Shown in pieces: positions 51,835-62,548 of a DNA stretch of 64,000 bases. The number at the start of each line of letters is the position of its first letter. Position 1 is the first letter of the stretch. Made by a program: the position numbers and the translations under genes. The notes under the pieces were generated by a model. The model did not search any database, was not told the DNA's origin, and was given only the letters and a program-made list of their open reading frames with translations. This DNA comes from Nitrosopumilus sp. (GTDB taxonomy: Archaea; Thermoproteota; Nitrososphaeria; Nitrososphaerales; Nitrosopumilaceae), in assembly GCA_965218785.1 (NCBI GenBank), contig OZ244650.1:1696001-1760000 (forward strand). Reading direction: 5' to 3'.

Positions 51835-51919
51835 TGCGGGAGATGGGATTCGAACCCACGAACTCCTAAGAGATAGGGTCCTAAGCCCTACGCCTTTGAC
51901 CAGGCTGGGCGACTCCCGC
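51835..51919 (-). tRNA. tRNA-Leu(TAG)
   Basis: Cloverleaf with a long variable arm; anticodon arm TAGGG-CT-TAG-GA-CCCTA. Confidence 0.95.
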
Positions 51920-51966
51920 AACGAATCTCCCATTAAACACAAATTTATCTATTATTACACAATATT

Positions 51967-53316
51967 ATGGGAAAATTTTTTGGAACAAATGGAATTCGCG
52001 GAGTATTCTCTGAAGACTTTACATTGGAATTTGTCCATGATATGACTTTGGCAATTGGAACTTATTTTAGAAAAGGACCAATACTGATTGGTTTTGATGG
52101 AAGGGAATCTAGTCCCGTAGTTTGTAAAATTCTAAGTTCCACCCTTAATTCAATTGGAATTGATTGTAACATTGCAGGAATTGTTCCAACACCATGTCTT
52201 GAATTTGCAGTAAAGACCCTGGGATATTCCGGCGGAATAATGATCACCGCATCCCATAATCCCCCACAATATAATGGAATCAAACCTGCTGCAAAAGACG
52301 GGGTAGAGATTTCACGTGAAGATGAATTAGTAGTTGAGGATATTTACCTGCAAAAAAATTGGATTAAAGATACCGAAAATTGGGGAGTGACAGGCAAGGA
52401 AGAAAGAGCGATTGAGACGTATCTGCAGGGAATTATATCTCAGATTGATTCTGTATTAATAAAATCAAAACATTTCAAAGTTGTTTTGGATTTGGGCAAT
52501 GGTGCACAGGCAGTTTCTGCTCCTGATTTTTGTAAAATGTTACATTGTGAAACATTTCTTGTAAATCAAAACATTGACGGTAACTTTCCGGGACGCGGAT
52601 CAGAACCGACACCACATAACCTTTCAGAACTTTCAAAAATCGTAGTAGAAAACAATGCAGATGTGGGAATTGCATTTGATGGTGATGGAGATCGAAGTAT
52701 TTTTTGTGATGATAAAGGAAATATATTAACCGGGGACAAGTCTGCGCTGGTTCTTACCAGGCACATACTAAGAAAAAATCCGGATTCTTTGATTGTAACT
52801 TGTTTGAATTCTGGCTCTGACATCGAAGTATTGGCTGATGAATTTAATTCAAAAGTAATTCGTACCAAAGTAGGTAGTGTCGAGGTATCAAGAAGAATGG
52901 TTCCAATTAACGCGTTAATTGGGTTTGAGGAAAACGGCGGATTCATGTATGGAAAACATAACCAGGTCAGAGACGGTTGTATGACATTGGCACTAATGCT
53001 TGATTTACTGGCAATTTCTGGAAAGCCATTATCTGATGAAATTGCCAGTTTGCCCACATCCTTTACTACAAAAGACAAAGTTTCATGCCCTCCAGACAAT
53101 GCTTCAAAACTGATTTCCTCATTAAAAGAGGAATTTCCGGATTCAGATACAACTGATGGCATCAAAATTACGATTAATCCTAAAAACTGGGTTATGATCC
53201 GGCCAAGTGGAACAGAATCAATCATTAGAGTATATGCCGAAGCTGAAAGTCAGGAGAAATTAGACGGTTTAATGTCCAAATATCTCAAGAAAGTAAAGCA
53301 GATCATTTCCAGATAA
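51967..53316 (+). CDS. glmM: phosphoglucosamine mutase/phosphohexomutase
   Basis: FGTNGIRG, TASHNP, FDGDGDR, RPSGTE. Confidence 0.88.
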   Translation: MGKFFGTNGIRGVFSEDFTLEFVHDMTLAIGTYFRKGPILIGFDGRESSPVVCKILSSTLNSIGIDCNIAGIVPTPCLEFAVKTLGYSGGIMITASHNPPQYNGIKPAAKDGVEISREDELVVEDIYLQKNWIKDTENWGVTGKEERAIETYLQGIISQIDSVLIKSKHFKVVLDLGNGAQAVSAPDFCKMLHCETFLVNQNIDGNFPGRGSEPTPHNLSELSKIVVENNADVGIAFDGDGDRSIFCDDKGNILTGDKSALVLTRHILRKNPDSLIVTCLNSGSDIEVLADEFNSKVIRTKVGSVEVSRRMVPINALIGFEENGGFMYGKHNQVRDGCMTLALMLDLLAISGKPLSDEIASLPTSFTTKDKVSCPPDNASKLISSLKEEFPDSDTTDGIKITINPKNWVMIRPSGTESIIRVYAEAESQEKLDGLMSKYLKKVKQIISR

Positions 53317-53378
53317 CACTTTTAAAACCAAACGAAAGGATGTATGGAATGGAGAATGAACCCCTAGGGTGACGAAGT

Positions 53379-53765
53379 ATGGGAAAAGCATATTATGTTA
53401 AATTTGAGACACCGGCAGATCTTGTAAATCCGATCCTAGAAGCCGTGAGAGTGGCATCTAGCAGCGGCAAAGTCAAAAAAGGAACCAACGAGGCAACCAA
53501 GGCAATCGAACGTGGCACCAGTAAACTAATAGTTATCGCCGAAGATGTTGAACCACCGGAGGTTGTAGCCCATCTTCCAATTCTGTGTGAAGAGCAGGGT
53601 GCAGCATTTGCATTTGTTCCAAGTAAACAGGAATTGGGCAAATCATTAGGTATTGACATTACTTCTGCCGCTGCAGCGATTTTGGATGCTGGTGATGCAC
53701 AACACATAGTAGACCAAGTTGTATCATCAATTGCTAAAATTAAAGGCGGTAAGACTGAAGAATGA
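53379..53765 (+). CDS. rpl7ae: 50S ribosomal protein L7Ae
   Basis: [28 protein letters not shown]. Confidence 0.96.
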   Translation: MGKAYYVKFETPADLVNPILEAVRVASSSGKVKKGTNEATKAIERGTSKLIVIAEDVEPPEVVAHLPILCEEQGAAFAFVPSKQELGKSLGIDITSAAAAILDAGDAQHIVDQVVSSIAKIKGGKTEE

Positions 53766-53974
53766 GCGCTACATCTGACGAAGTAATTCAGTCTGAAATT
53801 ATTCAGATTGTTGGACGAACAGGTATTGCCGGTGAAGTGATTCAAGTTAGAGTCAAAGTTCTCACTGGAAAAGACAAGGGAAGAATTCTTACAAGAAATG
53901 TAAAGGGTTCCATCAGAGAAGGAGAAATTCTAATGCTAAGAGAAACAGAAAGAGAAGCAAAGAAGATTAAATAG
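53762..53974 (+). CDS. rps28e: 30S ribosomal protein S28e
   Basis: [27 protein letters not shown]. Confidence 0.96.
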   Translation: MSATSDEVIQSEIIQIVGRTGIAGEVIQVRVKVLTGKDKGRILTRNVKGSIREGEILMLRETEREAKKIK

Positions 53975-53984
53975 ATGATTAGAT

Positions 53985-54185
53985 ATGAGCCTTTTAGTTA
54001 AACCATGTAATTTTTGTGACAGACCGGTTGCCAAAGGTTCTGGTACAATGCTTGCAAAAAATGATGGGACTGTTTTATGGTTTTGTTCTGCAAAATGTAA
54101 AAAAAATGCGCTGAAATTAAAACGTGATCCAAGAAAGCTAAAGTGGACCAACAAACACGTCAAAGGCGGAATTAGAAAGAAGTAG
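53985..54185 (+). CDS. rpl24e: 50S ribosomal protein L24e
   Basis: CNFC...FCSAKC, RDPRKLKWT. Confidence 0.95.
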   Translation: MSLLVKPCNFCDRPVAKGSGTMLAKNDGTVLWFCSAKCKKNALKLKRDPRKLKWTNKHVKGGIRKK

Positions 54186-54187
54186 AA

Positions 54188-54589
54188 TTGACTGAAAATA
54201 CCCTGTTCATTGTAAAGCCAGATGCCGTAGCTAGAAATCTAGTCGGTCAAGTTATCTCAAGATTTGAAATGAAAGGATTTAAAATTTTAAAACTCAAAAT
54301 GTTTACATTTACTCAAGAGCAGGCAGAAAAGTTCTATGATGTTCACAAAGACAAACCATTCTTTGGTGAATTGACATCATTTATCACATCCGGACCCGTG
54401 GTTGCAGCAATCATTGAAGGAAACAATGCAGTTGCTACTACTAGAATCATGGTTGGTGCAACAAAGTCATTTGAAGCAGAGCCCGGTTCTATTAGAGGGG
54501 ACTTTGGATTGGGATTTAGTGAAAACATTATTCATGCATCAGATTCGCAAGAAAGTTTTGATCACGAATCGAGGGTGGCATTTGAGTGA
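54188..54589 (+). CDS. ndk: nucleoside diphosphate kinase
   Basis: KPDAV, PGSIRGDFG, NIIHASDS. Confidence 0.96.
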   Translation: MTENTLFIVKPDAVARNLVGQVISRFEMKGFKILKLKMFTFTQEQAEKFYDVHKDKPFFGELTSFITSGPVVAAIIEGNNAVATTRIMVGATKSFEAEPGSIRGDFGLGFSENIIHASDSQESFDHESRVAFE

Positions 54590-54595
54590 TCTGAT

Positions 54596-56377
54596 TTGCA
54601 AATTCGTCAGCCCATAGTGGTAGTTCTTGGTCACGTAGACTCTGGTAAAACTTCGCTTTTAGATAGGATTCGCGGAACAGGGGTTCAGGGAAGGGAAGCT
54701 GGTGGGATTACCCAGCATATTGGAGCAAGCTTTCTTCCAACTGAAACAATCAAAGAGACCTGTGGTATGTTATACAAAAAGCTTGAAGAATCAGAAAACA
54801 AGGTTCCAGGGATTCTAGTCATTGACACTCCCGGACACGAAGTTTTTACAAATCTTCGTTCTAGGGGCGGTTCTGCAGCTGATATCGCAATTCTAGTAGT
54901 GGATGTCAATCGGGGATTTCAACCGCAAACAAATGAAAGCCTGAAGATTTTACAAAACAGAAAGGTTCCATTTGTTGTCGCACTAAACAAATGTGATCAA
55001 ATCTCCGGGTGGAGAAAGTCTGAATCACGATTTATCTCCAAGGCAATTAAAGAGCAAGATGCGTCAATTCAGGCCGATCTTGATCAAAAGATCTATGACG
55101 TTGTAGGAACACTTTCTATTTTGGGATATCAATCAGAGGCGTTTTACCGTGTTAAGGACTTTAAATCCGAGATTGCCATAGTTCCGATTTCAGCACGTTC
55201 CGGAGTTGGAATTCCAGAATTGCTAAGTGTGTTAGTGGGGTTGACACAGCAGTATCTTCAGAAAAGGCTCGATCAGAAGGAAAAGGAGCCACGTGGCATT
55301 GTTTTAGAAGTAAAAGAAGAGGTTGGACTCGGACATACAGCAAATATCATCCTCATTGATGGAACGATCAGAAAAGAAGACAGTATTGTTGTTGCAAAAC
55401 GGGATGCTGTTATATCTACAAAACCAAAGGCGCTGCTTTTACCAAAACCGCTAGATGAGATGAGAGATCCTAGAGATAAATTCAAGCAGATTACACAGGT
55501 GGATGCTGCTGCCGGACTGAAAATTGCATCACCTGAACTTGATGGGGTGCTCCCTGGAAGCACTCTTTATGTTGCGTCAAACAAGGAAGAGATTGAAAAA
55601 TTCACCAAACTCATAGAATCTGAAATGGAATCGGTGTTTATTGACACTGAAACTAGTGGTATTATCGTCAAATGTGACACCATAGGCTCGCTTGAGGCCA
55701 TAATTGAGATGCTCAAACGTTCACATGTTCCTGTTGCAAAAGCCGACATTGGTTCTGTAACTCGGCGTGATGTGATAGAGGCAAAGGCAATCAAGGAAAA
55801 AGACAGACATCTTGGAGTTGTTTTGGCATTTAATGTCAAGGTTTTACCTGATGCAAAAACCGAATCAGAGGACAGTCATATCAAAGTGTTTGAGGATAAA
55901 ATAATCTATAGTTTGATTGATAACTATAATGCATGGGTTGAAGAAGACTCTGCAAACGAGGAGGATGCGATATTTTCAGAACTGACTCCGATTTCAAAAT
56001 TTACTTTCCTTAAGGGAATGGTTTTTAGAAATAATGATCCCGCAGTGTTTGGAATTCACGTAGATGTGGGGACCTTGAAACAAAAAATCCCATTTATGAA
56101 CAAGACGGGACGAAAGGTTGGAAATATTCATCAGCTTCAGATGGATAAAAAGACTGTAAGTGAAGCCAAGACAGGGGACGAGGTTGCTTGTTCTGTTAGA
56201 GATGTTACAATCGGCAGACAAATCTTTGAGGAAGACACATACTATGCATTTCCACCATCACATGAAGCAAAACAATTGTTAAACAGATTCATGCATAAAC
56301 TAAACGAGGAAGAAAGAAATATTCTAAATGAGATAGTTGAAATTCAACGAAAAAAAGAGCCTGCCTACGCCTACTAG
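54596..56377 (+). CDS. infB: translation initiation factor aIF5B (IF-2)
   Basis: GHVDSGKT, AGGITQHIGA, DTPGH, NKCD. Confidence 0.96.
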   Translation: MQIRQPIVVVLGHVDSGKTSLLDRIRGTGVQGREAGGITQHIGASFLPTETIKETCGMLYKKLEESENKVPGILVIDTPGHEVFTNLRSRGGSAADIAILVVDVNRGFQPQTNESLKILQNRKVPFVVALNKCDQISGWRKSESRFISKAIKEQDASIQADLDQKIYDVVGTLSILGYQSEAFYRVKDFKSEIAIVPISARSGVGIPELLSVLVGLTQQYLQKRLDQKEKEPRGIVLEVKEEVGLGHTANIILIDGTIRKEDSIVVAKRDAVISTKPKALLLPKPLDEMRDPRDKFKQITQVDAAAGLKIASPELDGVLPGSTLYVASNKEEIEKFTKLIESEMESVFIDTETSGIIVKCDTIGSLEAIIEMLKRSHVPVAKADIGSVTRRDVIEAKAIKEKDRHLGVVLAFNVKVLPDAKTESEDSHIKVFEDKIIYSLIDNYNAWVEEDSANEEDAIFSELTPISKFTFLKGMVFRNNDPAVFGIHVDVGTLKQKIPFMNKTGRKVGNIHQLQMDKKTVSEAKTGDEVACSVRDVTIGRQIFEEDTYYAFPPSHEAKQLLNRFMHKLNEEERNILNEIVEIQRKKEPAYAY

Positions 56378-56776
56378 TCTGAATATTTCTTACAAATCAT
56401 ATGAATTCCCGGTGCTCCGACTGCACCCATCATTTTATCTACGACCAGTCCTGCTTGGAACATGATGAATGTTGGAATTGACTGAACTGAAAATTTCATG
56501 GCAATGTTTTGATTATTATCAACATTTACTCTGGCAAATTTTATTTTTGGATATTTCTTTGCCAGACTCTCAAATACCGGATGCATAGTTTTGCACGGAC
56601 CGCACCACTCTGCCCAGAAATCGACTAATGTCGGGTTTTCAGCCGATATTATTTTGTCAAAATTTGCATCATCTAAATCTGTGATTCCAGGCTCAATCTG
56701 GGGCTGATTTTGTTGCCTGAGCATCTCCTCTAGTTTTCTTTGCTTGATTTTCTCAATTTCTGGGTCTTCAGACAAT
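56374..56776 (-). CDS. thioredoxin with an N-terminal extension (start uncertain)
   Basis: WAEWCGPC; likely TTG start at LSEDPEIEK. Confidence 0.85.
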
Positions 56777-56819
56777 ATGTTTGCACAGTACGTTCTACTA
56801 AAAAATCTATGTTGAAAAA

Positions 56820-56966
56820 TCAATCATCTTCTGTCTTGATTGGAATTGCCTCATATCTTCTTGATTTACACACGGGACACTGATCGATGTATTTTGTCAT
56901 GCTAACAGAAGTATATACAATGCCACATTCGCCACAAACTCTGAGATTCCTGCTTAGCTTTCCCAC
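56820..56966 (-). CDS. small zinc-ribbon protein
   Basis: Hand translation MGKLSRNLRVCGECG...DQCPVCKSRRYEAIPIKTEDD; below the ORF-track cutoff. Confidence 0.7.
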   Translation of the reverse strand: MGKLSRNLRVCGECGIVYTSVSMTKYIDQCPVCKSRRYEAIPIKTEDD

Positions 56967-57015
56967 ATTCAAGGGTAAGAAAGCATTATGATTAAAACCT
57001 AACTTTTTATGAGAA

Positions 57016-59805
57016 TTACCAGAATTTCCACCAGGGCTTTACACTTGGTTTATCAATAATGGTACATACGCCATCAACTAATTTTGTGCCAGAGCCACAT
57101 ATTCCAAATTTCTTCTCTGGCATTTTTGGTTTCTCCAAGCCGACTGCCTCATAAATTGAATCATATTCGGGGTATGTCTCATCAAACCATTTCTTGTATG
57201 CATCTTCATTGTTGTATCTGTCCACATAGCTTTGTGGATCTATTGCATTCTCTACAAATGATGCCAATCCCTTGGGTTTCTCCAAGCCGACTGCCTCATA
57301 AATTGAATCATATTCGGGGTATGTCTCATCAAACCATTTCTTGTATGCATCTTCATTGTTGTATCTGTCCACATAGCTTTGTGGATCTTTTGTCTTCTCT
57401 ACAAATGATGCAGGAATCTTTAGTTCTGCCATCTTTGGTTCTTTTGGTTCTGCTTTCTTTGGTTCTTTTGGTTCTGCTTTCTTTGGTTCCGGGGTATTTA
57501 TTACATCTTTTACATCAATTGTTATTGATTGTGTATCCATAATCCCATCCTTTTTTGCAACTAATTCAAACGTGTATGATTTTCCGCCGTCAGAATCAGA
57601 TGGTGTCCATGAAAATATGCCAGTATGTGATATAATTTTAGAGCCTGCAGGCGGATTTTTCTCCAAACTAAATATCGCATTTTGAACTGAATTATCATCA
57701 AGTTCGACCTGGAAAGATAATGATTTTCCTTCATCTATTGATAATTTTCCTATTGGAATAATTTGGAGAGATATGAATTTTGGTGTCACAGAAAACTTGT
57801 TTGATGGCTCACTAATCCCTGCAGAGTTTATGGCTGAAACTTTGTAGGAATATTTTGAATTTGTTACTAGATTACTATGTGAGTATGTTCTATCCGTACT
57901 TTTTGTATCTTCTACTAGCGTGGTGTATGATTTGCCGTCAATTTTTACTTCAATTTTGTAACCTGTAATTTCTGAATTCCCATCATCAACAGGCGCACTC
58001 CATGATAGATTTACCCGTGTTGCAGAAACAGCTGACGCAGTTAATTTTATTGGTGATGTGGGGACTGTTACTTGTACTATGCTAGATGTTACTGGATCTA
58101 CTGATGTATCCACTGAATCTTCCCGTGGTGTTGCAGATGCATTGTTTGATTCCTGTGTTGAACCATATCCAATGTTTGCACTAACAGCAAATGTATATTT
58201 TTTGTCAGTTCTTAAATCATTTACAACATATGTGGTATTTTCTCCATTTGTAGTGTCAACAGAATCATACACTCCAGGAGCAATCTCTCGCTTGATTTCA
58301 TAGCCTTTAATCATCTGTTGAAAAGTTTCTGATGGCGGTAGCCAGGAGAGTTTTATTTGACTGGGCGAGATTGCCGCTGCAGTTAATGCGACAGGTGTTA
58401 TAGTATGTTCTGGTTTTGTTGAAACTGTTGATGATACGCTAATTCCTTCTGAATTAATCGCAGAAACACGATAAGAGTAGACGCTGCTAGAATCAAGTCC
58501 TTGATAAATAAATGATGTTGTAGTGTTTTTAGAATTTTCAGTGATTACTTCATAGCTTTCTGAATCAATTTTGTATTCTATCTTATAGCCTGTAATTTTT
58601 GGAATCTTTTCTTTTTGTTCTGGTTTATCCCATGAAATTACTATCGAAGTTGGAGAAACTGGATCTGCCCTTAGATTATCGAGTTTCTTTGGAACAAGAG
58701 ACAGAGGTTCTAAGTTTAGATCAAAGGCTTGAACCCTATTATTTTTAGAATCTGCTACAAACATTACTTTATTGGTTGGGTCTAGTGTAATCCCAATTGG
58801 ATCGTCAAACTGACCATTTTGCGAACCTGATGAGCCGAATTTCCCAATAAAACAGACACCATCTACTACTTTCTTTGTATCACCTGGGCAGGTTGTATCA
58901 TCAATTATTTGAAAAATCTGAATTCTGTTGTTATCTGTGTCTGCAACATAAAGTCGCTTATTGGCAGAATCAAATGCAAGTCCGGTTGGATCGTCAAACT
59001 GACCATTTTGCGAACCTGATGAGCCGAATTTCCCAATAAAACAGACACCATCTACTACTTTCTTTGTATCATCCGGGCAGGTTGTATCGTCGACTAATTT
59101 GAACATAACAATCCTATCGGTTCTAGTATCTGCAACATACAAAACATCTTCCGAGTCATCAATTATCATGTTTGATGGGTTTTGAAAAGTATCATTTCTA
59201 TCAAATGAATCAAATTTAAATAAAAAATTTCTAGTTGAATCAAAAACAGATATAGAGTCTGTTTCAGTATCTGATACCAAAATATTTCTTGATGATTTTT
59301 GTATCGTAATTCCAGAGGCTGAACCAAAGTATTCATCAACTCCACTATCTGATGAACCGAATTTTGATTTGAATTTTCCCTTCTCACTAAACATCTGTAC
59401 TCTGTCGTTAGCTGAATCTACAACAAAAAAAATTCCAAACGCATCTCGTGTAATACTGATTGGATCATTGAATTGACCGTCTCCATCCACATTTGCTCCA
59501 GATGCATTATCATGACAGTCATGGATTGCGGTAATATCACAAAATGTTCCATATCTAAAATCACCATCACCATCGTCTTCAAATACATTAATTCTGTTAT
59601 TATTTCTGTCAACTACGTAGATGTTTTTCCCGTTTTTGTCCATTATCAGATCTGTGGGCATATCCAACATATCATCACCTGTACCTAGTAAACCAAATTT
59701 GAAGGTAAATTTCGGTTCAGCATATGCAATCTGAATAGACAGAATACAGAGTACGAACAATAAACTGAAGATTATTTTTCCTTTCAATACCTTACTCTTT
59801 CTCAC
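57016..59805 (-). CDS. surface protein: NHL propeller, 3 FN3, Ig-like, two 49-aa DPQSYVDRY repeats
   Basis: Signal peptide, GQFDDP NHL repeats, FN3 YSYRVSAIN, C-terminal PWWKFW. Confidence 0.88.
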   Translation of the reverse strand: MRKSKVLKGKIIFSLLFVLCILSIQIAYAEPKFTFKFGLLGTGDDMLDMPTDLIMDKNGKNIYVVDRNNNRINVFEDDGDGDFRYGTFCDITAIHDCHDNASGANVDGDGQFNDPISITRDAFGIFFVVDSANDRVQMFSEKGKFKSKFGSSDSGVDEYFGSASGITIQKSSRNILVSDTETDSISVFDSTRNFLFKFDSFDRNDTFQNPSNMIIDDSEDVLYVADTRTDRIVMFKLVDDTTCPDDTKKVVDGVCFIGKFGSSGSQNGQFDDPTGLAFDSANKRLYVADTDNNRIQIFQIIDDTTCPGDTKKVVDGVCFIGKFGSSGSQNGQFDDPIGITLDPTNKVMFVADSKNNRVQAFDLNLEPLSLVPKKLDNLRADPVSPTSIVISWDKPEQKEKIPKITGYKIEYKIDSESYEVITENSKNTTTSFIYQGLDSSSVYSYRVSAINSEGISVSSTVSTKPEHTITPVALTAAAISPSQIKLSWLPPSETFQQMIKGYEIKREIAPGVYDSVDTTNGENTTYVVNDLRTDKKYTFAVSANIGYGSTQESNNASATPREDSVDTSVDPVTSSIVQVTVPTSPIKLTASAVSATRVNLSWSAPVDDGNSEITGYKIEVKIDGKSYTTLVEDTKSTDRTYSHSNLVTNSKYSYKVSAINSAGISEPSNKFSVTPKFISLQIIPIGKLSIDEGKSLSFQVELDDNSVQNAIFSLEKNPPAGSKIISHTGIFSWTPSDSDGGKSYTFELVAKKDGIMDTQSITIDVKDVINTPEPKKAEPKEPKKAEPKEPKMAELKIPASFVEKTKDPQSYVDRYNNEDAYKKWFDETYPEYDSIYEAVGLEKPKGLASFVENAIDPQSYVDRYNNEDAYKKWFDETYPEYDSIYEAVGLEKPKMPEKKFGICGSGTKLVDGVCTIIDKPSVKPWWKFW

Positions 59806-59849
59806 TACAAATTTAATAAATCAAATAATAAATTTCGCCACCTATTTGA

Positions 59850-61505
59850 TCAATTGTGATTTACAACATCTGCGGATTTGTTCCAAATTTTGACGTATTT
59901 TCTAGCCTTGAAAATTATGATTGCCGGTGCTGCAAAGTAGATTCCAAGATTCATCAGAATTACGCCAATACCGTATCCTAGAACTTCAGAGTCAGATTCA
60001 GCATATTCCATTATTGATAAGGACGACAGTAGGGGGGTTATTCCCATCTTTATCATTTCCTTGAATATAGGACTGTTCCTTTCCATGTCAGCAATATATG
60101 GTGAGAATGAATAGTACAGCTGGTTGAATCCGGTCATAAACGACATGCCTGATACCGTATTCATCAGTTGGCCGTCACGAATTTCCCTTAACATCTGAAC
60201 CTGTGGCGCCATTTCAGAACCATATGTCGCAGTTGCAATAAGACATCCACCGCCTGGATTTTCAACAATTACACACACACCATCTACAAGATCAGTCCCT
60301 TCGCCACATTCTCCAGATTCCAATTCTTCAGTTACCGGTACTTTAATTGCAGGTTTCTCCAAACCGACTGCCTCATAAATTGAATCATATTCGGGGTATG
60401 TCTCATCAAACCATTTCTTGTATGCATCTTCATTGTTGTATCTGTCCACATAGCTTTGTGGATCAATTGTCCTGTCTACAAATGATGCCAATCCCTTGGG
60501 TTTCTCCAAACCGACTGCCTCATAAATTGAATCATATTCGGGGTATGTCTCATCAAACCATTTCTTGTATGCATCTTCATTGTTGTATCTGTCCACATAG
60601 CTTTGTGGATCTTTTGCATTCTCTACAAATGATGCCAATCCCTTGGGTTTCTCCAAACCGACTGCCTCATAAATTGAATCATATTCGGGGTATGTCTCAT
60701 CAAACCATTTCTTGTATGCATCTTCATTGTTGTATCTGTCCACATAGCTTTGTGGATCTTTTGCCTTCTCTACGAATGGTGCAGGAATCTCCAGTTTTTC
60801 GGGTTCTGTTTTTACTGGTTCTATTTTTGGTGATTTTTGCTCAACATATGCTTGTTGTACGGTGATCTTGATGTTTTCTCTGTCTTCTTTATCTCCCTTG
60901 GTTGCAATAACATCAAAATTATAGATTACATCTTGAATATTTCCCTGTGATTTTGACACGGTCCAAACAAATTGTCCGGAGCTTGGATCAATTGTAGCCC
61001 CTGTGGGCGCTTTATCGCTCAAGCTAAATACCACGTCTTTAATTGTATCATCTGTCAGAGCAGCTGAAAATGTGACTGTCTTTTCTACATCAACTGTCTT
61101 GTCTGAAATTGATTTGAGTGCGAGTACAAAATCATCTACGACCGATATCTTACCGTTATCATATGCAATTTGTATTGTTATTCCATCAATTTCTTTTTGA
61201 GTATCAGTAAATGCTGTTGCATTATAGATTCCCTCCGAATCAAATAAGTCTGAAACAGGTCTTTGAAATGTTGAAAACGATCCTTGATCCGGTCCCGGAT
61301 CTGATAGCATTCCTTTATACTTGCCTGCTTCATTCCGGATAATAACAAATACTGTTTCTTTTGCATCCTGAATTCCAATAAACGTCACGGATTCATTGTC
61401 TGTGTAGAAGCTCTTCTCAAGGTCTAATGATGTGACGTTTGCAAATGCTGGATTTATCACAAGTATGAATAATGAAAATACTGTGAATATTCCTATTGTT
61501 CGCAC
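59850..61505 (-). CDS. surface protein with three DPQSYVDRY repeats and a CFI-box-CTERM-like domain
   Basis: GGGCLIATATYGSEMAPQVQMLREIRD plus C-terminal TM. Confidence 0.88.
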   Translation of the reverse strand: MRTIGIFTVFSLFILVINPAFANVTSLDLEKSFYTDNESVTFIGIQDAKETVFVIIRNEAGKYKGMLSDPGPDQGSFSTFQRPVSDLFDSEGIYNATAFTDTQKEIDGITIQIAYDNGKISVVDDFVLALKSISDKTVDVEKTVTFSAALTDDTIKDVVFSLSDKAPTGATIDPSSGQFVWTVSKSQGNIQDVIYNFDVIATKGDKEDRENIKITVQQAYVEQKSPKIEPVKTEPEKLEIPAPFVEKAKDPQSYVDRYNNEDAYKKWFDETYPEYDSIYEAVGLEKPKGLASFVENAKDPQSYVDRYNNEDAYKKWFDETYPEYDSIYEAVGLEKPKGLASFVDRTIDPQSYVDRYNNEDAYKKWFDETYPEYDSIYEAVGLEKPAIKVPVTEELESGECGEGTDLVDGVCVIVENPGGGCLIATATYGSEMAPQVQMLREIRDGQLMNTVSGMSFMTGFNQLYYSFSPYIADMERNSPIFKEMIKMGITPLLSSLSIMEYAESDSEVLGYGIGVILMNLGIYFAAPAIIIFKARKYVKIWNKSADVVNHN

Positions 61506-61575
61506 AGTTATAATTCGAATTTAGAGACTTTTAAAAAACATGTGTAATTTCTTCTATTGTTTTGCAAAGAAATCT

Positions 61576-61992
61576 TTACAAATCAAGCAAAAATTTCATA
61601 AAAACGCCATTTTCTTGCCTAATCTCCATTTCATAAAATGTAGGCGCCTTTATTTCGACTTTGAAGTTATGTTTGTCAAAATCCAGCGGTTCACCGTGAG
61701 CTGTAGCAGTTATTTCGTAATTTTCTGTTTTTTTGATGTCAAACTCAATTCTCTTTATGGCAAATCCCTCAGTAATTAAAACAAAAGTAACCTCCTCAAG
61801 CCAGCTAAACAAAAGATATCTTAGATCCTTTCCTTTTGCTGAAAATTCTTTCCTGTCTTTTTCTTCCACTTTGTCTTGATCAAGCGTCAGATTGATTACT
61901 GCATCAGATGCAACTGCAAATGCTTCTTTGAGATCCCTTGCTGTAACTTCAATTATGGCATCAGTAACATGCTCCAAAAACCTGTAACTCAA
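61576..61992 (-). CDS. archease
   Basis: YRFLEHVTD, EIKAPTF, C-terminal LDL. Confidence 0.92.
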   Translation of the reverse strand: MSYRFLEHVTDAIIEVTARDLKEAFAVASDAVINLTLDQDKVEEKDRKEFSAKGKDLRYLLFSWLEEVTFVLITEGFAIKRIEFDIKKTENYEITATAHGEPLDFDKHNFKVEIKAPTFYEMEIRQENGVFMKFLLDL

Positions 61993-62248
61993 TTGTTAAT
62001 TTTAAAATCCTTCGGATTATTAATTTAGATGGTATTATGTGCTTTTTTGCCCTACCTAGTTGTCTGGTTCTAGTTTTTGCAGTCTAGTAATCTGTTGGTC
62101 CAGTCATACTTTTCAAAATTCCAGTCATGGATTTCATTGTAGAACTTGTACTTTGTTGGTATGTCAAGCCATCAGCTTGACATCCAGCCTTCTTCTAGTT
62201 GAATTATTTAAAACAGATCTTTTTATTTTAAAAAATTTATCATATTAT

Positions 62249-62548
62249 ATGGGATTTTTATCAAATTTTAGAAAAGATTTGCAAGATGCAAAAGAAAAAA
62301 AAGCAGCCCAGATTAATGGAAAAAATCTCAAGGAATTATTAACAAAATTCAAAGAAGAGCGAGACAGAATTGAAGGTGAGACAGGAGTCAGACCACAAAT
62401 TGATGAGACCACGCAATTGTTTATGCAAAAAATTCTAAACGTCTGGATTTCAGAGGGAAAGGAAATTGATGAAGAAAAGTTTTGGAATGAGGTTGATTAT
62501 AACAGACAGTTTTCCCATCCAGTTGAATATTATGAGATAAAACGTTAG
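62249..62548 (+). CDS. hypothetical protein
   Basis: Probable start MGFLSNF inside the longer ORF-track call. Confidence 0.65.
   Translation: MGFLSNFRKDLQDAKEKKAAQINGKNLKELLTKFKEERDRIEGETGVRPQIDETTQLFMQKILNVWISEGKEIDEEKFWNEVDYNRQFSHPVEYYEIKR

Larger units (their letters stand above)
20494..51853. mobile_element. ~31.4 kb integrated element at tRNA-Leu(TAG)
   Basis: att direct repeats, intact tyrosine integrase beside the tRNA, accessory cargo and IS remnants inside, housekeeping genes on both sides. Confidence 0.9.

Noticed and set aside
20494-51853. Provirus, casposon or conjugative element classification
   Set aside because: No capsid, terminase, PolB, Cas1 or VirB4/VirD4-like ORF is recognisable.
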